DNA of 63,987 nucleotides, filler included, from Basidioascus undulatus (Eukaryota): NCBI GenBank assembly GCA_000826855.1. It is 4 parts of 4 records of this genome, joined end to end, with 100 filler letters (N's around TTAATTAATTAA, not from the genome) between each part and the next. Parts side by side here need not be neighbours in the genome. Positions count along the whole stretch, not along the records: positions 32,628 to 48,830 come from JTLS01000600.1; 3 more parts are not named here. One strand, 5' to 3'. Shown piece by piece: positions 35,626 to 48,930 of this stretch (position 1 is its first letter; each line of letters starts with the position of its first letter). The notes under the pieces were generated by a model. It saw only the letters and a program-made list of their open reading frames with translations, ran no database searches and was not told where the DNA came from. The position numbers and the translations under genes were made by a program.

Positions 35626-37443
35626 TCAGCTCGAGCTCCAGGCAACGGCACCTGTTTCGTCAATCAACAGAAGTTTGGTGCCCTCAACCCGCATCCCGAT
35701 TACCTCCCGACCCTGCCCTCGCCCATTGGTTGCCGTTGCCCAAACCGGGCCCGATTTACTGTAGATAACTAGGTTCCCGTCCAGCTGAAGCACTGCCGTC
35801 CAGTCCTGGGCCTCCTCCCCGGGCGCATTCGGCGACGTCCAGACGACCTCACCGGATGGCGAAAGAAGCTGCAGCTGCCCGCGAGGAGAAAGGCATAAAG
35901 GCGTGGAGGGCGGAGACGAGGGCGTGATCCGCCAGTCGAATGGGGGCGTGATCCGCCAGTCGGCAGGAATGAGGGCGGCTGGATCGCCAGGCCGGGGCGG
36001 GACTGGCGGCGGCGCGGGAGGCTCCCCGGGCGGGCGGCACCCGATGAGGTACCTGATGTTGCCCTCGACAAACAGGTCTCCCTCGATCTCCCCCGCGCAC
36101 ATCTCCCCGTCGCGGCACTTGACGAAAGGTGCGGGCTGCACGACGCCCTCGCGCGGATCGTGCGCCCGCATCTCGCCCCCGAAGAGACTGCTCGGTAGGA
36201 CGACGTTCCCGCGCACGACGACGTCGCGCGCGCCGGCGATCGCGAGCCCGAACGCCATATGGCCTGAGATGGTGTTGTGCGAGACAGTCGCGCCGCGGAT
36301 GAAGGATTGACGGTCATCGCCCCATACGGCAGGGCCGATCGAGATGCCGACCCGGAGGAAGGCCGGCCCGGGGGCGAGGATGGTATTGCTGAGTACGCGC
36401 ATGCCGGTGTAGTCTCCTGCGTACGGTCCTGTTCAGATACACTCAGCATCATCAATCAACGATGTTTCCGAGAGAACGAGCACACCCATGTCGACCTATT
36501 GACAAGACGGCGTCAACGGTTGTCAAGAGTATGCGACTGGGAAGGAAGACTCACCAGATTGATTGCACCCAACTGGCTTCTCGTCCGACAAATGACCGTG
36601 TTTCCAGCAACAAGAGACCCAGGCGCGCCGAAAATGACTACCCGAACCTCATCCAGTAAGCTCGTAACCTGGATTCGCTGTCCGTGCCGCGCAGGGACTG
36701 GACTGACCTATCCCGCCGTCCGTTGCGTCCACGATATTATTTCCAGTCACGACCGCGTTGCACCCAGCAAGGCTGATCCCGTCCGCCCAGCGGCAGAGCT
36801 TGTCGCCCGTTTGCGGGTCCAGAGTCTCGGGGTACCCGGCGGGGCCGATGAGATTGTTCGTCACGGTCGCGCGCTGGGACCGCGCGTGAGGGGGTCCCTC
36901 GAAGACCTGCAGGCATGACCAACCTGTCCGAAAGAGAGGGCATCAGACTTCAAGTTTTATACAGTAAGCGGAAGAAGCGACCTCGAGGACTGAAGATGTG
37001 GCAGCCATCGACGAGCTGCAAAGCGATAGACAAGCAGCGTTCCGAGGATGTGCGACTTGTAGAAGGCGCACCTGATCGCTAGCCGACCCGCCAATGAGCA
37101 CTGTCGCACCCGAGCCCTGGACCCAACCGTACTCCTCCCGCCCTCCCTCAATCCTCAAGCACCTGATCCGGCACCCTTCGGCGTTCTCGCCGTTGACCGC
37201 CGTAGATCCGTTCGGGACGGCGCACACGAGGGACGCGAGCTCGTCCGGCCCCCCGTCGAGGGCTGAGTGAGCGGGGTATCCCGCCGTGCTCAGCTCCTGA
37301 TGCGGAGCCGTGAAGCGGACGGGCTGGTGCAGGACGAAGGTGCTGCGAGGGGCGAGCTTGACAATCCCGTGCGCGCCGACGTGCGAGAGTGCGGCGTTGA
37401 TCGTCGAGTCGTCGCCCGATTCGAGAAGGACAGTTGCAGGCAT
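35626..37443 (-). CDS. Right-handed beta-helix protein with C-terminal bulb-type (B) lectin domain
   Basis: Beta-helix motifs NNLIGPAG, WADGISL, NNIVDATDGGIVIFGAPGS, AINLVDM; Pro-rich linker; lectin motif QLDGNLVIY (QxDxNxVxY) plus VWAT; includes a 10-nt exon at 36486-36495. Confidence 0.82.
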
Positions 37444-37783
37444 CGCTGCGATCAAATTAGCGATATGTGAGGTGCGACGATAGGAGACAGCGAAGGAGAA
37501 GCAGCAAAGCGAGTCGAAAGCGGGAGTGGGAGCGAAGCAAGTTGAACTGAAGCAAGACGCGCTTCGTCCGCGCGTGGCTATACTACGTACACTCTAGCGC
37601 CAGGCGGCGTCCCACAACTGCCACACAGCCAGAGTTCGCATAAAGGAACATGCAAGTCCAATGGATACGTAAGGTAAGGTATAACAGGCCTCCACACCCA
37701 TGCGAGCGATACATAACAAGCCTCAACGATCCAAAAAGAAAAAGAAAGGAAAGTGCAGCCGCTGCGTGCGTCCGGACAGCTCC

Positions 37784-40700
37784 TCAGATCCTGAGCAGTT
37801 CCTTGAACCCGCCCGCAATCCCTATTATGGAGGAGCTGAGCTTCTTGCGCGTCTCGGCGTCCAGCACCTCGTCGCCGCTGAAGCCGCTCAGGACGTCGCA
37901 CTTTTCCGCGAGGCCCGCGAGGATGCCTGGCCCCGGCCCCGGGCGCGGGACGACGGGCTCGCAGATCGCGACGATGGAGGTCGTGATGGTGATAATGGTC
38001 GTAAGATCTACGTGCTCCGCGGAACGTCAGCGGGTGGAGAGGGAGAAATGGTTGGGAGGGACGAGGGGGGAAGGGGAGGGGAACGCACTGTCGTTCAGGT
38101 TCGGAAGGACACCGCCGCGATGGACGCGCGCGGCGGACAGGATCGCTTCGATCTTAGTCGTGACTTGATCCGACTGCGCCTCGACGTAAGTCTATTCTCC
38201 CCGACCCGCGCATCAGCTCTCGGTCCTCCCCACACTCTCCCCTCGCCCCAAAGCGCACCTTCGTCTCCTCCCACTCCTCCTCCGTCCCACCCGCCCTTCC
38301 ATCCTCGCTCCCGAACGCGCGGCTCTCGCGTGCATCATACTCGCTCTCCGCGTCGCTGCCCTCGTCGCCCACCACGCCGCGCGGCCCGACGGGGGTGGGG
38401 CTCGCCCAGCCGTTGGCGTTCGGCGCCGCGCGGGCCGGGCCCTTGCGGACGCCGAGGAGCCTGGCAAGGTCGATGACGGACGTGGAGAGGTGGGACGCGG
38501 CCGCGTCGAGCAGCGAGACGGGGCTGATCCCCCCGCCCATCGCGTGGTTCCGCGCGGCGGTGTGGAGGTTAGTGAGCGTCGCGGAGAGCTTGGACTTGAG
38601 GGAGGAGAGGCGCGAGGCGTCGGCGTCGTTTGAGGGGGGTGGGGCGTCGCGCTGGGGCATGGCAAAATGTCAGCTGCATCTTCCACATCTCGATCGTCGC
38701 AGAAACGCACCTCGAACGCTTCTACGTCGCGCTGGATCGCAGTGACGGCGAGAACGACAGCTTTCATGGAGTTGAGGACGGAGGACGGGGTGGATGATCT
38801 GTGCGCGTTCCCTCATCATCAGCAACGCTCACAGCGCATTGCTCACACCACATTAACAGAAACCAACTGGCAGGGACGCACCGGCCAGCTTGCAAAAGGT
38901 CATCAACAGCGCTCTGCAAGCTCGTCAGATTCGCGCCTGTAATCCCACCGCGGTCCGTCGCCGGGAGGTGATCGTCCGTCGTGGGACTAGCAGGCACGAA
39001 CAGCTGGCTCGTTGCTGTACCACCCGTTCCAACGTTAAGACACCCTCGACGCCCAGATCTGAGCAATTTAAGCGCCTCAGACGCACCTTTCAAGTTACGC
39101 AACTCCGTCTTCGCAGCCTCGTACCGCTTCTTCCACGTCCCGACCTCGCTCTCAAGCTCGCGGATCCTTGCGCGCGTGCGGTCTTCCTCCGCTAGCCGCT
39201 CGTCCTCCCGCGCCGAGAGCGCGCGCACTTCCTCCAGGAGGTTCTCGATCTCGTTCCGGAGCGCACGGGCAGCCTGTTCCCCATCCCATCCGCGCATGAG
39301 CAAACCCGCGCACGCGGAGAGGAGAGGAGAAGGAGGCAAGGAGGAAGAGCGCACCTCGTCCTGCTCTACCTCCCGCGTCCGCGCATCCTCTAGCTGGCGC
39401 CTCAGCTGCGCCGCCTCCCCAGACGTCGCGCCCGCGCCCGCGCCACCCTCGTCCTTGTCCCGCTCGCGCGCCTTCGCGCTCGCGGCTTTGACGATGGACA
39501 GCTCGCGGCGCAGGGACTGCGCCTGCGCGGTCGCCTCGTCGCATTTCTGTGCTCCCCAAAGATGAGTATGCCTGGATGGGGATGCGGGGGGGCAGAACGC
39601 ACCTGACGCAGATTCCGGACTTTGTCGGACTCTGAACCGCCGCCGCTGCTACTTTCTGATTCGAGCTGCGTGATTCGAGATTGCATCGTCGCGATCCGGT
39701 ACTCGTAATCTCGGCGGAGGGTCTCGATCTCGTCGGTGGCTTCGTAGCTCTGGCAAAGGGATTGGTCAGCCACAAGTTTCACAGCAGCTCGGGCATGTGT
39801 AAGGCGAGCCCTTCGACACCGCATTGCCCACCCCTTGCCCTCGTTGCCAGACGCCGCCTCCGGGTTGTGCCAGATGCCTCATACTTCCAAGAACGCCCAG
39901 CCATGTCTCTCCAAACCAAAGTGAGTGCGCCCACTCACCCGTCTAGACCCATTCAGCCCCTTCCCGCTGCTCACGCTCGTCGTGCGCATGCTCATCTTGT
40001 CATAGTAGTCGCTTTGCCCGCCCTCGGTCAGGCTGGGGCTAAGCGTCTCGAGCGCCTCGCGGACGCTCTCCTCGGACGTGCGTGGCAGCGGAACAGTCAT
40101 GGACGGCGGGGTCGGGCGCGTGAACGCGAGGGAGGACGTCGACGCGTTCGAGGCGTTGCGCTGCAGGTCGCCCCCGGAGTTCCTGCCGTTCGCTGGGGGA
40201 GGAGACGCGCCGGAGCGCGCGGACGTGGGAGATGTCGGGTCGGGTACCTGTGGAGCCTCGACGCGCATGAGCCCCACTGCCCCAGATCGCAACAGGAAAG
40301 GGCCTGGGTGGGATCCGGAAGACGTACCTCCTTCTCCACTAGTTCGGGGTACCGCCTGACGAGCTCAAAGTACACGTCGCTCGCGAGGTCCTTGAACCTC
40401 GTCTTTGGCAGCGTGGCCAGCTTCTGGCGCGCCTGGTTCCGCTTCGGGTGAAACTCCTCCTTCACCGGGAGGAACGGCACGGCGTTGCCCGCGGATGAGC
40501 GCGGGGACGCGGTCTCCGCGGTGGCAGCGAGACGCCGGCAGAGTTCATCATACACGTCCGTCGAAAGTTCCTTGACGCGCCGGAGGTGGGTCGTCAGCTG
40601 GGGTCAAGCGCGGTCGGGTTGGGGTTCTGTATTCTCTCTACCTGGAACTGCTGTCGCGTCAAGCGTGTCAACTTGTCGCGAGCTGAGGTTCGGGCGTTGG

Positions 40701-40985
40701 GCGCTTCTACCGTCCCGATCCGTACCAGTTAGCGGCGGTCCCTCCCCCTCCCCTCGCTCACGTGCAGACAGACAGACCTTTACGGAGGTGGCTCTCAAGA
40801 AATATGCTAAGCTCGGAAAAGTGGGTCTGGGCGACGCGCCGGCTGTCTTCCCTCGTCGTCGCTGCGCCGTTTGTGCGGCTGCGAGACGAGGACGAGGGCG
40901 AGTACGGCGTGGAGTACGCGGACGAGACGCCCCCGTCTGAGGGCGGCCCCGCTGGCGGGGGCGGGGAGAGGACGTTTCTTGACAT
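37784..40985 (-). CDS. SPA2: Polarisome component Spa2-like (two SHD/GIT repeats, coiled coil, C-terminal helical domain)
   Basis: ARDKLTRLTRQQFQELSTDVYDELCRR and KRNQARQKLATLPKTRFKDLASDVYFELVRRYPE; WKKRYEAAKTELRNLK; ends GFKELLRI* with TGA at 37784-37786. Confidence 0.92.
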
Positions 40986-42102
40986 CCGAAAGTGAACTGT
41001 GTGGATGGCTAAAGGAAGGAAAATGAAGAGGCGTATTCACAAGGAGGAGGAGGTCAAGATGGAGAACGACGAGACGGGAAGGCGTCCAAGGCGCGCGTGC
41101 GAGATCGACGGCAGACGGCAGGGCCACGCCGACCGAACTGACAGCAGACAGCGCCGGGTGCAACATCGCACGAAGGACACAGCCTGGATTTCATCCTGGC
41201 CGCTCACTGTATCTTTGCTGCATGAAGCTTTGTCAAAGACGGAATTCATCCTGGGGTGTTTAGGGGTCTTTTCCAAGTTTTCAAGACCTTTGAAAGAAAG
41301 GACAGCGGTGCTGCCTACTATCGACGATAACATCAACCGCAAGTTCCGCAACGGACCGGAGGCACAGAAGACCACAACCCGTGAGGCATATCACTCAGAA
41401 AAACAACCTTGGTGAGAAGTTTCTCCCTCATTGATACCTTTCTTCAATATGAGCCCAAGATGAGCCCCCCTTGAATATTAGCCACCCCGTCCAGATCAAA
41501 GATCATAATGGACTCCCACGCTTAGTGCAGTCTCCCTGAGGGTATGCGCAAGAGGTCTTCCATTGAAGCGGGTCAGAAATCCGGCACGCATCACACAAAA
41601 GTGTGGACGTAAGACAACAGCGGTAGAATATTCCCAGTTGTCCGCCGCCGGTCACCCAGCCTCATTGATGCTGGACTTTGCACGTTGAATGAGTCCACCC
41701 AGCAGGGACTGACTTTCCACTCCTCCTTCTTCACACCCAGCCGCTTGCTGGAATACTTCACCACAACCATGTCTTGCATTCAGTCTTCCCCCCCGCGGTG
41801 GGCGTTTGTTGTACCAGCTGACATGGCGCTCTTTCTTCACTGGCAGCGGGCTTTGCTCTCCCTTGACGTGCTCGTCATATGTTGAAACCACACCTAGACA
41901 GTGCAATCATAGAAAACGTAGGCGCGCCATATAAATGCCGTATTAGATATGCAGTGCGAGTAACCAAAACAATGTTCAAGGGAATGTACTAGGTGAAAGA
42001 GCGTGGAAGTCATGACCTGACTAGTGCGACAACAATGCAGAATAATGCGTAGGGAGGGAGATATCAGGACGACAGAGTGGACACAAAATACAAAAGCCTG
42101 TT

Positions 42103-43254
42103 TCAAGCTTTCTGGGCTCCGCGAAGGAGATGGAATATGCTGCTAGCGATGGGGATCAACGTGAAGACGAGGGAGACCCACAATACTGTGGGTTACCGTT
42201 GACGTCAGTCAGGCCGTGGAGTTATAGGAAGAACCGCAGAAATCGGAAACATACTGATGAACCCGTTGCTCGTGGAAGCCTGGAAGCCCTGGGTGTCGTC
42301 GGCACCGTTGAAAGCGTCGACGGCCTTGCCCAACTGGACATGGAGCGCAGCGCTCGCCGCCAGCCCGAAGACGAAAGCGACTGCAGTCAGGAGCACCCCG
42401 CCCTGGCGAGACCAGAGCGAGAGCGCGGCGAACTTGGGCCGACCGGAAATGGAGGGCGAGTAGGCGGGGAGGGAGGCGAAGACGCAGGCGCAGAGGCCAA
42501 GGAAGGAGAGAAGGATGGCGACAAGGAAGAGAGCGGGAGGTGTTTTGAGCGAGGCCGGCAAGTAGGCGTCGGCAGGCACGGGTAGGACGGAGTAGTCTGA
42601 GGGGTGAACGAAGTGAGTTCGAGTTGCATTCCAGTTGTCGAAAGAGGTTGACGAACCGAAGGACGGGCTGAAAGAAGGTGTTTGGCATGCGGTCTTTCCA
42701 GCCTCCGTAGACGAGGAGGACCCCTGGAAATGGAAGATATTGTTCGTTAGAAGTCTTACCTCGCGAACATAGAACCTATAGATCGCACGCACCAGAGGGC
42801 CAACCCAAACACGCGGTCCCTTGACTTCGATGGTCGCAGGCATCCCGTCCAATCCAATCGGCTCGCGCTTCCACCAGGAGCTTGTCGAGTCAGCACGGCT
42901 GGGCGCCACAACGCAAGATTCAGGGAAGACGGAGCAGGCCGCAGCGCGAGGCACGCGGCGGCGCAAGCGCAACACGGCGTGCTGGCGCTCGGCCGTGAGG
43001 CGGCGCGCCCTAATAGGCCCCGGCTTCGCTTGGGAGTGAGGGCTGGCCGAGTCGGTGGAGATGTAGCGCGCTTTGTTAATCGAGCGAGCGGCGAGTCCGG
43101 AGGTCGTGCCGTTGGCGGATTCGTACACCGGCGTTACGGAGACGAGGGAGACCGAGCTACGCAAGGTCGGTGTTGGGGAAAGGAGGACCAGGAGAGTGAG
43201 GATGATAGCAGTGAGATGGGAGATGGCCGGGAGAGTGTGGCGGAAGAAGGTCAT
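42103..43254 (-). CDS. PalI/Sur7-like membrane protein
   Basis: N-terminal TM helix, extracellular loop with VWVGPL-GS...C, then three TM helices; last exon ILWVSLVFTLIPIASSIF...AQKA*. Confidence 0.6.
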
Positions 43255-46200
43255 GGTGTCGGGAGCAACGCAGAGGCCGAGCAGTCGAGGCGAAAATGCG
43301 AGTGATAAGCGTTGAGCTGATAATTAAGGCCAGGACCAGCCTGAAAAGTACTTATGCAATGCGAAGAGAGGAGAGAGGAAGATTCAAGTGGCAGTTTAAG
43401 GTAACACCGATCCATGAGTGCGTGTGCCTTATGGCAGTCCTGAGGTTCGAACGACAAAGGTGGGTGCCCCCTCGCGAAAGGGAGGCGGAGTAGAGACAGC
43501 GCGTGTTCCGAACAAAGAATACGAAACGGCTTCCGTTAGTCCGAATGCCTTTGATGGGTAAGTGCACATAAGTAAGTCTATATGAGTAGCCAGACAGGCG
43601 AAGATGCGATGCAAGGACGGAGGGGAACAAAGGAGGCGGAGGAGACAAAGGAACTGATCGAAGATGACACTTGTCGAGTGCGGGCCTCGCGCGACAAGTG
43701 TCTGCAAAGTATACATTTCCCTTCAAAGATCATTCAAAATAGTAACCGGCCTATGGTATTTATGATGGTCATTGCATGTGTTTCTACCGTAGCTGAAGCA
43801 GTTTGAACGAGCACTTCTACCCCGAATTGTCCTTCGCACCTCATACCCGTCTTCGATGTTCGACACGCAACTGCTCATCAAAAGTGTGTTGAACTTTGAA
43901 TGCTCATCGTATCTTTATTCAGGAGGCTGTTTCAGAAAGCTTTCACGGCAGAGATGTTCCCGTTAATCTCGACCGTCGGCCACGGAAGACTACTGACGCC
44001 GCGATGGCAGACTTTGCTGCGTGGGAAGAATACCATGGGTGCGAAGGAGTTTAAAAGGGTATTTATGCCAAGGGGCATCCCCATGCTCAAGAGCAATAGG
44101 GGAAAGATCTTTGTTTCTCCAACCACAGTCTCCACGATCCAGCTTTGGATGCGCACCCATTCATGCGCGCACAGACGGTGTCTGGATTGCCGGTGTCCAC
44201 TTGCCGAGTTTTAGCCTCTACGTCATCAGAAAATACTCTGGCCTGAATATTACTTATCTGAATACATTTGTTTGGAAACCGGAGGGGTCAGTGAAAGACG
44301 TGAGCAGAAGAAGATCACACAGACGAAACAGACGAAGGGATTCCATCGGATCGCAACTTGTCCAAACGCGCAAAAGGTAGCTTTGACATGGCCACAGAAC
44401 GGCCTCTTCTTCAAGTTTGGTTCAAGCAAATGTTCCATCCGTAGCTGTTCTTTTCACGTCAGACATCTCACCCTCGCTATGCCTGCTGGCACTGTCTACT
44501 GTGTCCTGTCATGTCATTTATAGAGTGCTAGTCCCTGTTTATTTATTTACTGACCTGCTGTACCTTGAAAGAGAGGTATGGGTCTGCTTCAGATAAGAAA
44601 ACCGTCTGTATCAGGTTTCGTGTCGCAGCTACTTTCAAAAAGTACTTACTCCGCGGTACGACGCTTTAGCTCAGAAGCAGACTAGGGCCGCACAAGTTTG
44701 ACATACTCTCTCCCATAGTTACAAAGAACCCAACGATGTCCCAGCAGCTGCTGCAAGAGAAAGGCGGGCGTGTGCGTGCTTCATCGTCCACTCGGGGTTG
44801 CACCTCGCTGAGTTCCGCATTGCTCTCTAGGACGCCGAGCTCGTGGCGCTTCAAGAATTGTCAAAGTCCAGCAAGAGGGAGCTGTCATTTCGCATTTGTA
44901 TCTGTTCCAATTCCTCTCGGGTTCCAGTCAGCATTGATTGAGTTTTCTTAATCCCCGTCGTGGCCTGTCACTCGTTAAACTTTTCAGTCTGTCTCACCGC
45001 GTGCATACTTGCTGTGCTTTGGTACGGACCTGTCCCAACATACACTCGGACTATTGCTTTTGCTGAGGTCAAGGCTTTTAGACGCAAGGCTGCAACGGGC
45101 AAGAAGGTCTCACCATTCATGGCAACAACCACTCAGTGCAGGCGCGGCGAGCATGTCGTGCCCAATGCTGAACGAGGCAAGCACGAAGTGTCTGCTTTAC
45201 TTGAAGAAAATGTTCCTTGACGGCCCTTCCTGTCAATAGCTCTCAAGAACTCCTGTTTCATTTCGCAGCCCCGTGGGGATCCTCCGTCCCGACTCGGAGC
45301 CGCAGCGTCACTGGCGTTTCTCTTCTGGCGGACGAAGTGCAGTGCGAATACAGTAGATGTAATTTGGTCAACAGAAAGGTGTCTTACGTCTCTTTCTGTA
45401 AATGTCAGCAATAATACAGTGGTACATTTTGTGCTGATCATTTTGACCGGCTTCCGCCTTTCCGACCAGGACGTACGGCGCTTCGCGGAAGCGTCAGTTC
45501 CCTACAGCTTCTCAGCAAGCCGGTCAGAGAATGCGCTCTCTTACCTCTGCTCAATTTCGATGTCCTGTGATCAGTATTTAAGAGTATGTCCGACGCGTGC
45601 CCTTCTGAGTGTGCGATCGAGCGCACCGAAGTCTAGATCGGGTTCGAGCGGTCAGACAGACATCCCAGATGGAGCAGAGGCTCCTTAGGTATGCTGCTCC
45701 AGAGTTCCGTGGTGCCAGGGCAACCACTCGGAGCGCCTACCCATGACTGGCAGAGGGGATTGCTGTGCCGTTTTCGCCCCCCTGCTCGCGTGCCAGAGCC
45801 GTCTCTAATCCCCACTTGTCCAGATTGAGTTCTTTGACTGCTAATCAGATCTTTCGCTTGCGGGTAGAGGATGATGCGGTACAGATCGAAGCTGTGCGCA
45901 GGTCGCCGGACGAACTGGATCCAGTGCTCCGTTTCACCGGTCCAAAATACTTCCGCTGGCCTTCCTTCCATCGCCACCACTTTGCCAGGATGAAACAAAC
46001 ATTTAATCAATAAAGAATTTCAGCACACATAAGGCTTCTGTTGTCAAGACGGTGCTGCTAGTGAAGAAAAAGGGGCATGGTGCAGTGCCGTCCAAGGCTG
46101 GCAAGACTGCCGACCGAAACGACAAGATGGCATACACGTATGAAGGTTTCCGTTTCAGTTTGGAGTCAACCCATTCAATAATATATACAGTGGTTTGACC

Positions 46201-46806
46201 ATGCACATGACAGCTGACATGTTGCACAATCCTTTGGCAATCATACAACTCTTGAAGAAGTCGGGGCGTAAAGGACATCATCAAAGACGGCCGGCTCGGC
46301 CGCTAACGCGAGAAGGCATCCGGCCTTCCTCCTCTGTTGCCTTCCGCCTTCACATACTTTCATTTTCACTTTTAGGTATTCGGGCGTGTTGAGCAGACAT
46401 TGGCTGCTAGGTAATTGCGTTCACTGCCCGACTTTCTCGAGGAACGCGAAAAACGCGGCTAAATATACCCAGAACCGCCAGCGCTCGACCGGCCGTCTTC
46501 TCGCTTCGTGAGCGACCTCGTCCTCGCCATAGGACGTGGCAGGGACCTCGGTGACTGAGCGGCGGAGCAGAAACGTGAGTCCTGATGATCTTATGGCATT
46601 GGGTATGAGTGATGGACATTGGGTCTTCCTCGGTCTCCTAGTCTTTCCGGGGAGGTTCCTGGGGGGAAATGAGAGAGGGTGGAAGCACCCAGATGGAGGC
46701 ATGGGAGCTCTATCCCGGGGATTACTCGCAAGTTTCCAGCGACTGACATTTGTCGACCTCAATCAGTAGGTCAACATTGAACCGACCACCACCAGCTATC
46801 GACGAA

Positions 46807-48830
46807 ATGGCAAGACGCTCAGGTGCGAGCCATCGCTACCGCTGAGGGCGCCCATGAGTTGACCTCGTCCTGACAGCCAAACCAGCGGGTCCTGCGGCCG
46901 TAGAAGCAGCCCCTGCCCCACCACCTTCTTCAGCTGCCGCCGCCGCCCTCTCAGCGCCCCCACGACCTCCCCGCTCAACGTCGCGCAAGCACCTGTCCGC
47001 CGCGGGGTTGCTCGCGCTCATCACGTTCATCCACCTTTCCGGGCTGTACCTCTTCACGCGTGGCTTTCTCCTCACCCGTCTCTCGCTTTCATCCATCTCG
47101 AAAATATCCGAGCACGCCCCGCCGCCGACGCACAGCAAGGCCCTCGTCCTCATCATAGATTCCCTCCGCTTCGACTTCCTCGTCCCCCCGCCCTTGGACC
47201 ACCCCTCCTTCGACCCCTCACACCACGGCGTGCTCTCCCTCCCGCAAAAGCTCGCGATCGAGCACCCCGAGCATGCGCTACTCTTCCACTCCTACGCCGA
47301 CCCGCCTACGACGACGCTGCAGCGGCTCAAGGGCCTGACGACGGGCAGTCTGCCGACGTTCGTCGACATCGGCAGCGCCTTCTCGTGCTCCAAGATCGAG
47401 GAGGACAGCCTCATCCTCCAGCTCAAGCGCGCGAACCGCTCGAGCGCGTTCATGGGCGACGACACCTGGATGTCGGTTTTCCCGGACGGGTTCGACGTCG
47501 CGCACCCGTATGACAGCTTCAATGTCGAGGACCTGCATTCGGTCGACGACGGCGTCGAGCGCCACCTCTTCCCGCTCATCACCAACGCCTCCACGCCCGT
47601 GCCCGACTTCGTCGTCGGTCACTTCCTCGGTGCGGACCACGTCGGGCACCGCCTCGGGCCGAGCCACCCTGTGATGAAGACCAAGCTGGAGCAGATGAAC
47701 GACGTCCTCTCGCGCGTGATCGAGCTCCTCGACGAGGACACGCTCCTCGTCCTCCTCGGCGACCACGGCATGGACGCTAAGGGCGACCACGGCGGCGACG
47801 GCGCGCTCGAGACGTCCGCTGCGCTTTTTCTCTACTCGCGCTCCAAGCCGCTCACGACGCGTTCCGTGCGCGCCGCGGCGGCGACCGAGCGGCCGCATTA
47901 CTCCGGCCCGACTTCGCCCGTGCCGCATCGCACGATCGCGCAGATTGACCTCGTCCCCTCGCTCTCGCTGCTCCTCGGCCTCCCCATCCCGTACAACAAC
48001 CTCGGCTCGATCATCCCGGAGCTCTTCCCCGCGCCGGCGAACCTGCGCCAGGCGCAGCGCGCCAACGCCGAGCAGGTCATGCGCTACCTCGACGAGTACC
48101 TCGCGAGCGTGAGCGGGGCGGAGATCCGGCCCTTCCACGCGGACCTCAAGGAGCTCCACGACGCAGGCGAGAACGAGTCGTTCGTCCGCATCGCGCTCGA
48201 GCGCTGCCGCGCGATCTGGGCCCAGTTCGACCAGCCGCAGATGCTCGCTGGCCTTGCTGTCCTCGCGCTCAGCGTGCCTGTCCTTGCGGGGCTCTTCATC
48301 CGCACGGGGAATGGTGAGGGCCTCGACTGGGTGGATGACGCGCTCAAGCGCGCTGCCGCAGCCGGAGGAGCGGCGGCGGCAGCCCTGCTCGGTGCTGCGT
48401 TCGCGCGCGGACAGGGCAAGGTCCTCGAAGCGGGTCTACTGGGCGGCTCGCTGGGCGCCGAGCTCGCGCTCCTCATCTCCTACCCTCCCGTGGCCTACCC
48501 CTCGAGCTCGACGCTGCTCGCCCTCGTCCTCGCCGCGCTGCACGTCGCCGCCTTCGCGTCCAACTCGTACATACTGTGGGAAGACCGAGTGGTGCTCGTG
48601 CTCCTCCAGACGCCTACGATCCTCTCCCTCCTCCGCGCGCCGCTCGCCCCTTCCTCCCGCCTCTGCATGCGCCTCCTCGGCTTCTCCGCGCTTCTCGCCG
48701 TCTCCCTCCGCGCCCTCGCAAGCAGCACCGTCTGCCGCGAGGAGCTCGCGGGGTGGTGCCACGTGACGTTCTACGGCTCGTCGACGTCCTCCATCCCGCC
48801 CCTCCCCGTCCTCCTCCTCCTCCTCCCCGC
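46807..48830 (+). CDS. GPI13: GPI ethanolamine-phosphate transferase 3 (PIG-O), cut by contig end
   Basis: LFTRGFLLTRL, IIDSLRFDF, ADPPTTTLQRLKGLTTGSLPTFVD, GDDTW, DSFNVEDLH, HFLGADHVGH, LGDHGMD, QIDLVPSLSLLLGLPIPYNNLG, SNSYILWED; short first exon from ATG 46807. Confidence 0.96.
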
Positions 48831-48930
48831 NNNNNNNNNNNNNNNNNNNNNNNNNNNNNNNNNNNNNNNNNNNNTTAATTAATTAANNNNNNNNNNNNNN
48901 NNNNNNNNNNNNNNNNNNNNNNNNNNNNNN
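48831..48930. other. Artificial contig linker
   Basis: N44-TTAATTAATTAA-N44. Confidence 0.98.

Noticed and set aside
47278..48159. Long antisense ORFs over GPI13 and other GC-rich genes
   Set aside because: Expected shadow ORFs from high GC3 codon bias; no independent motifs.
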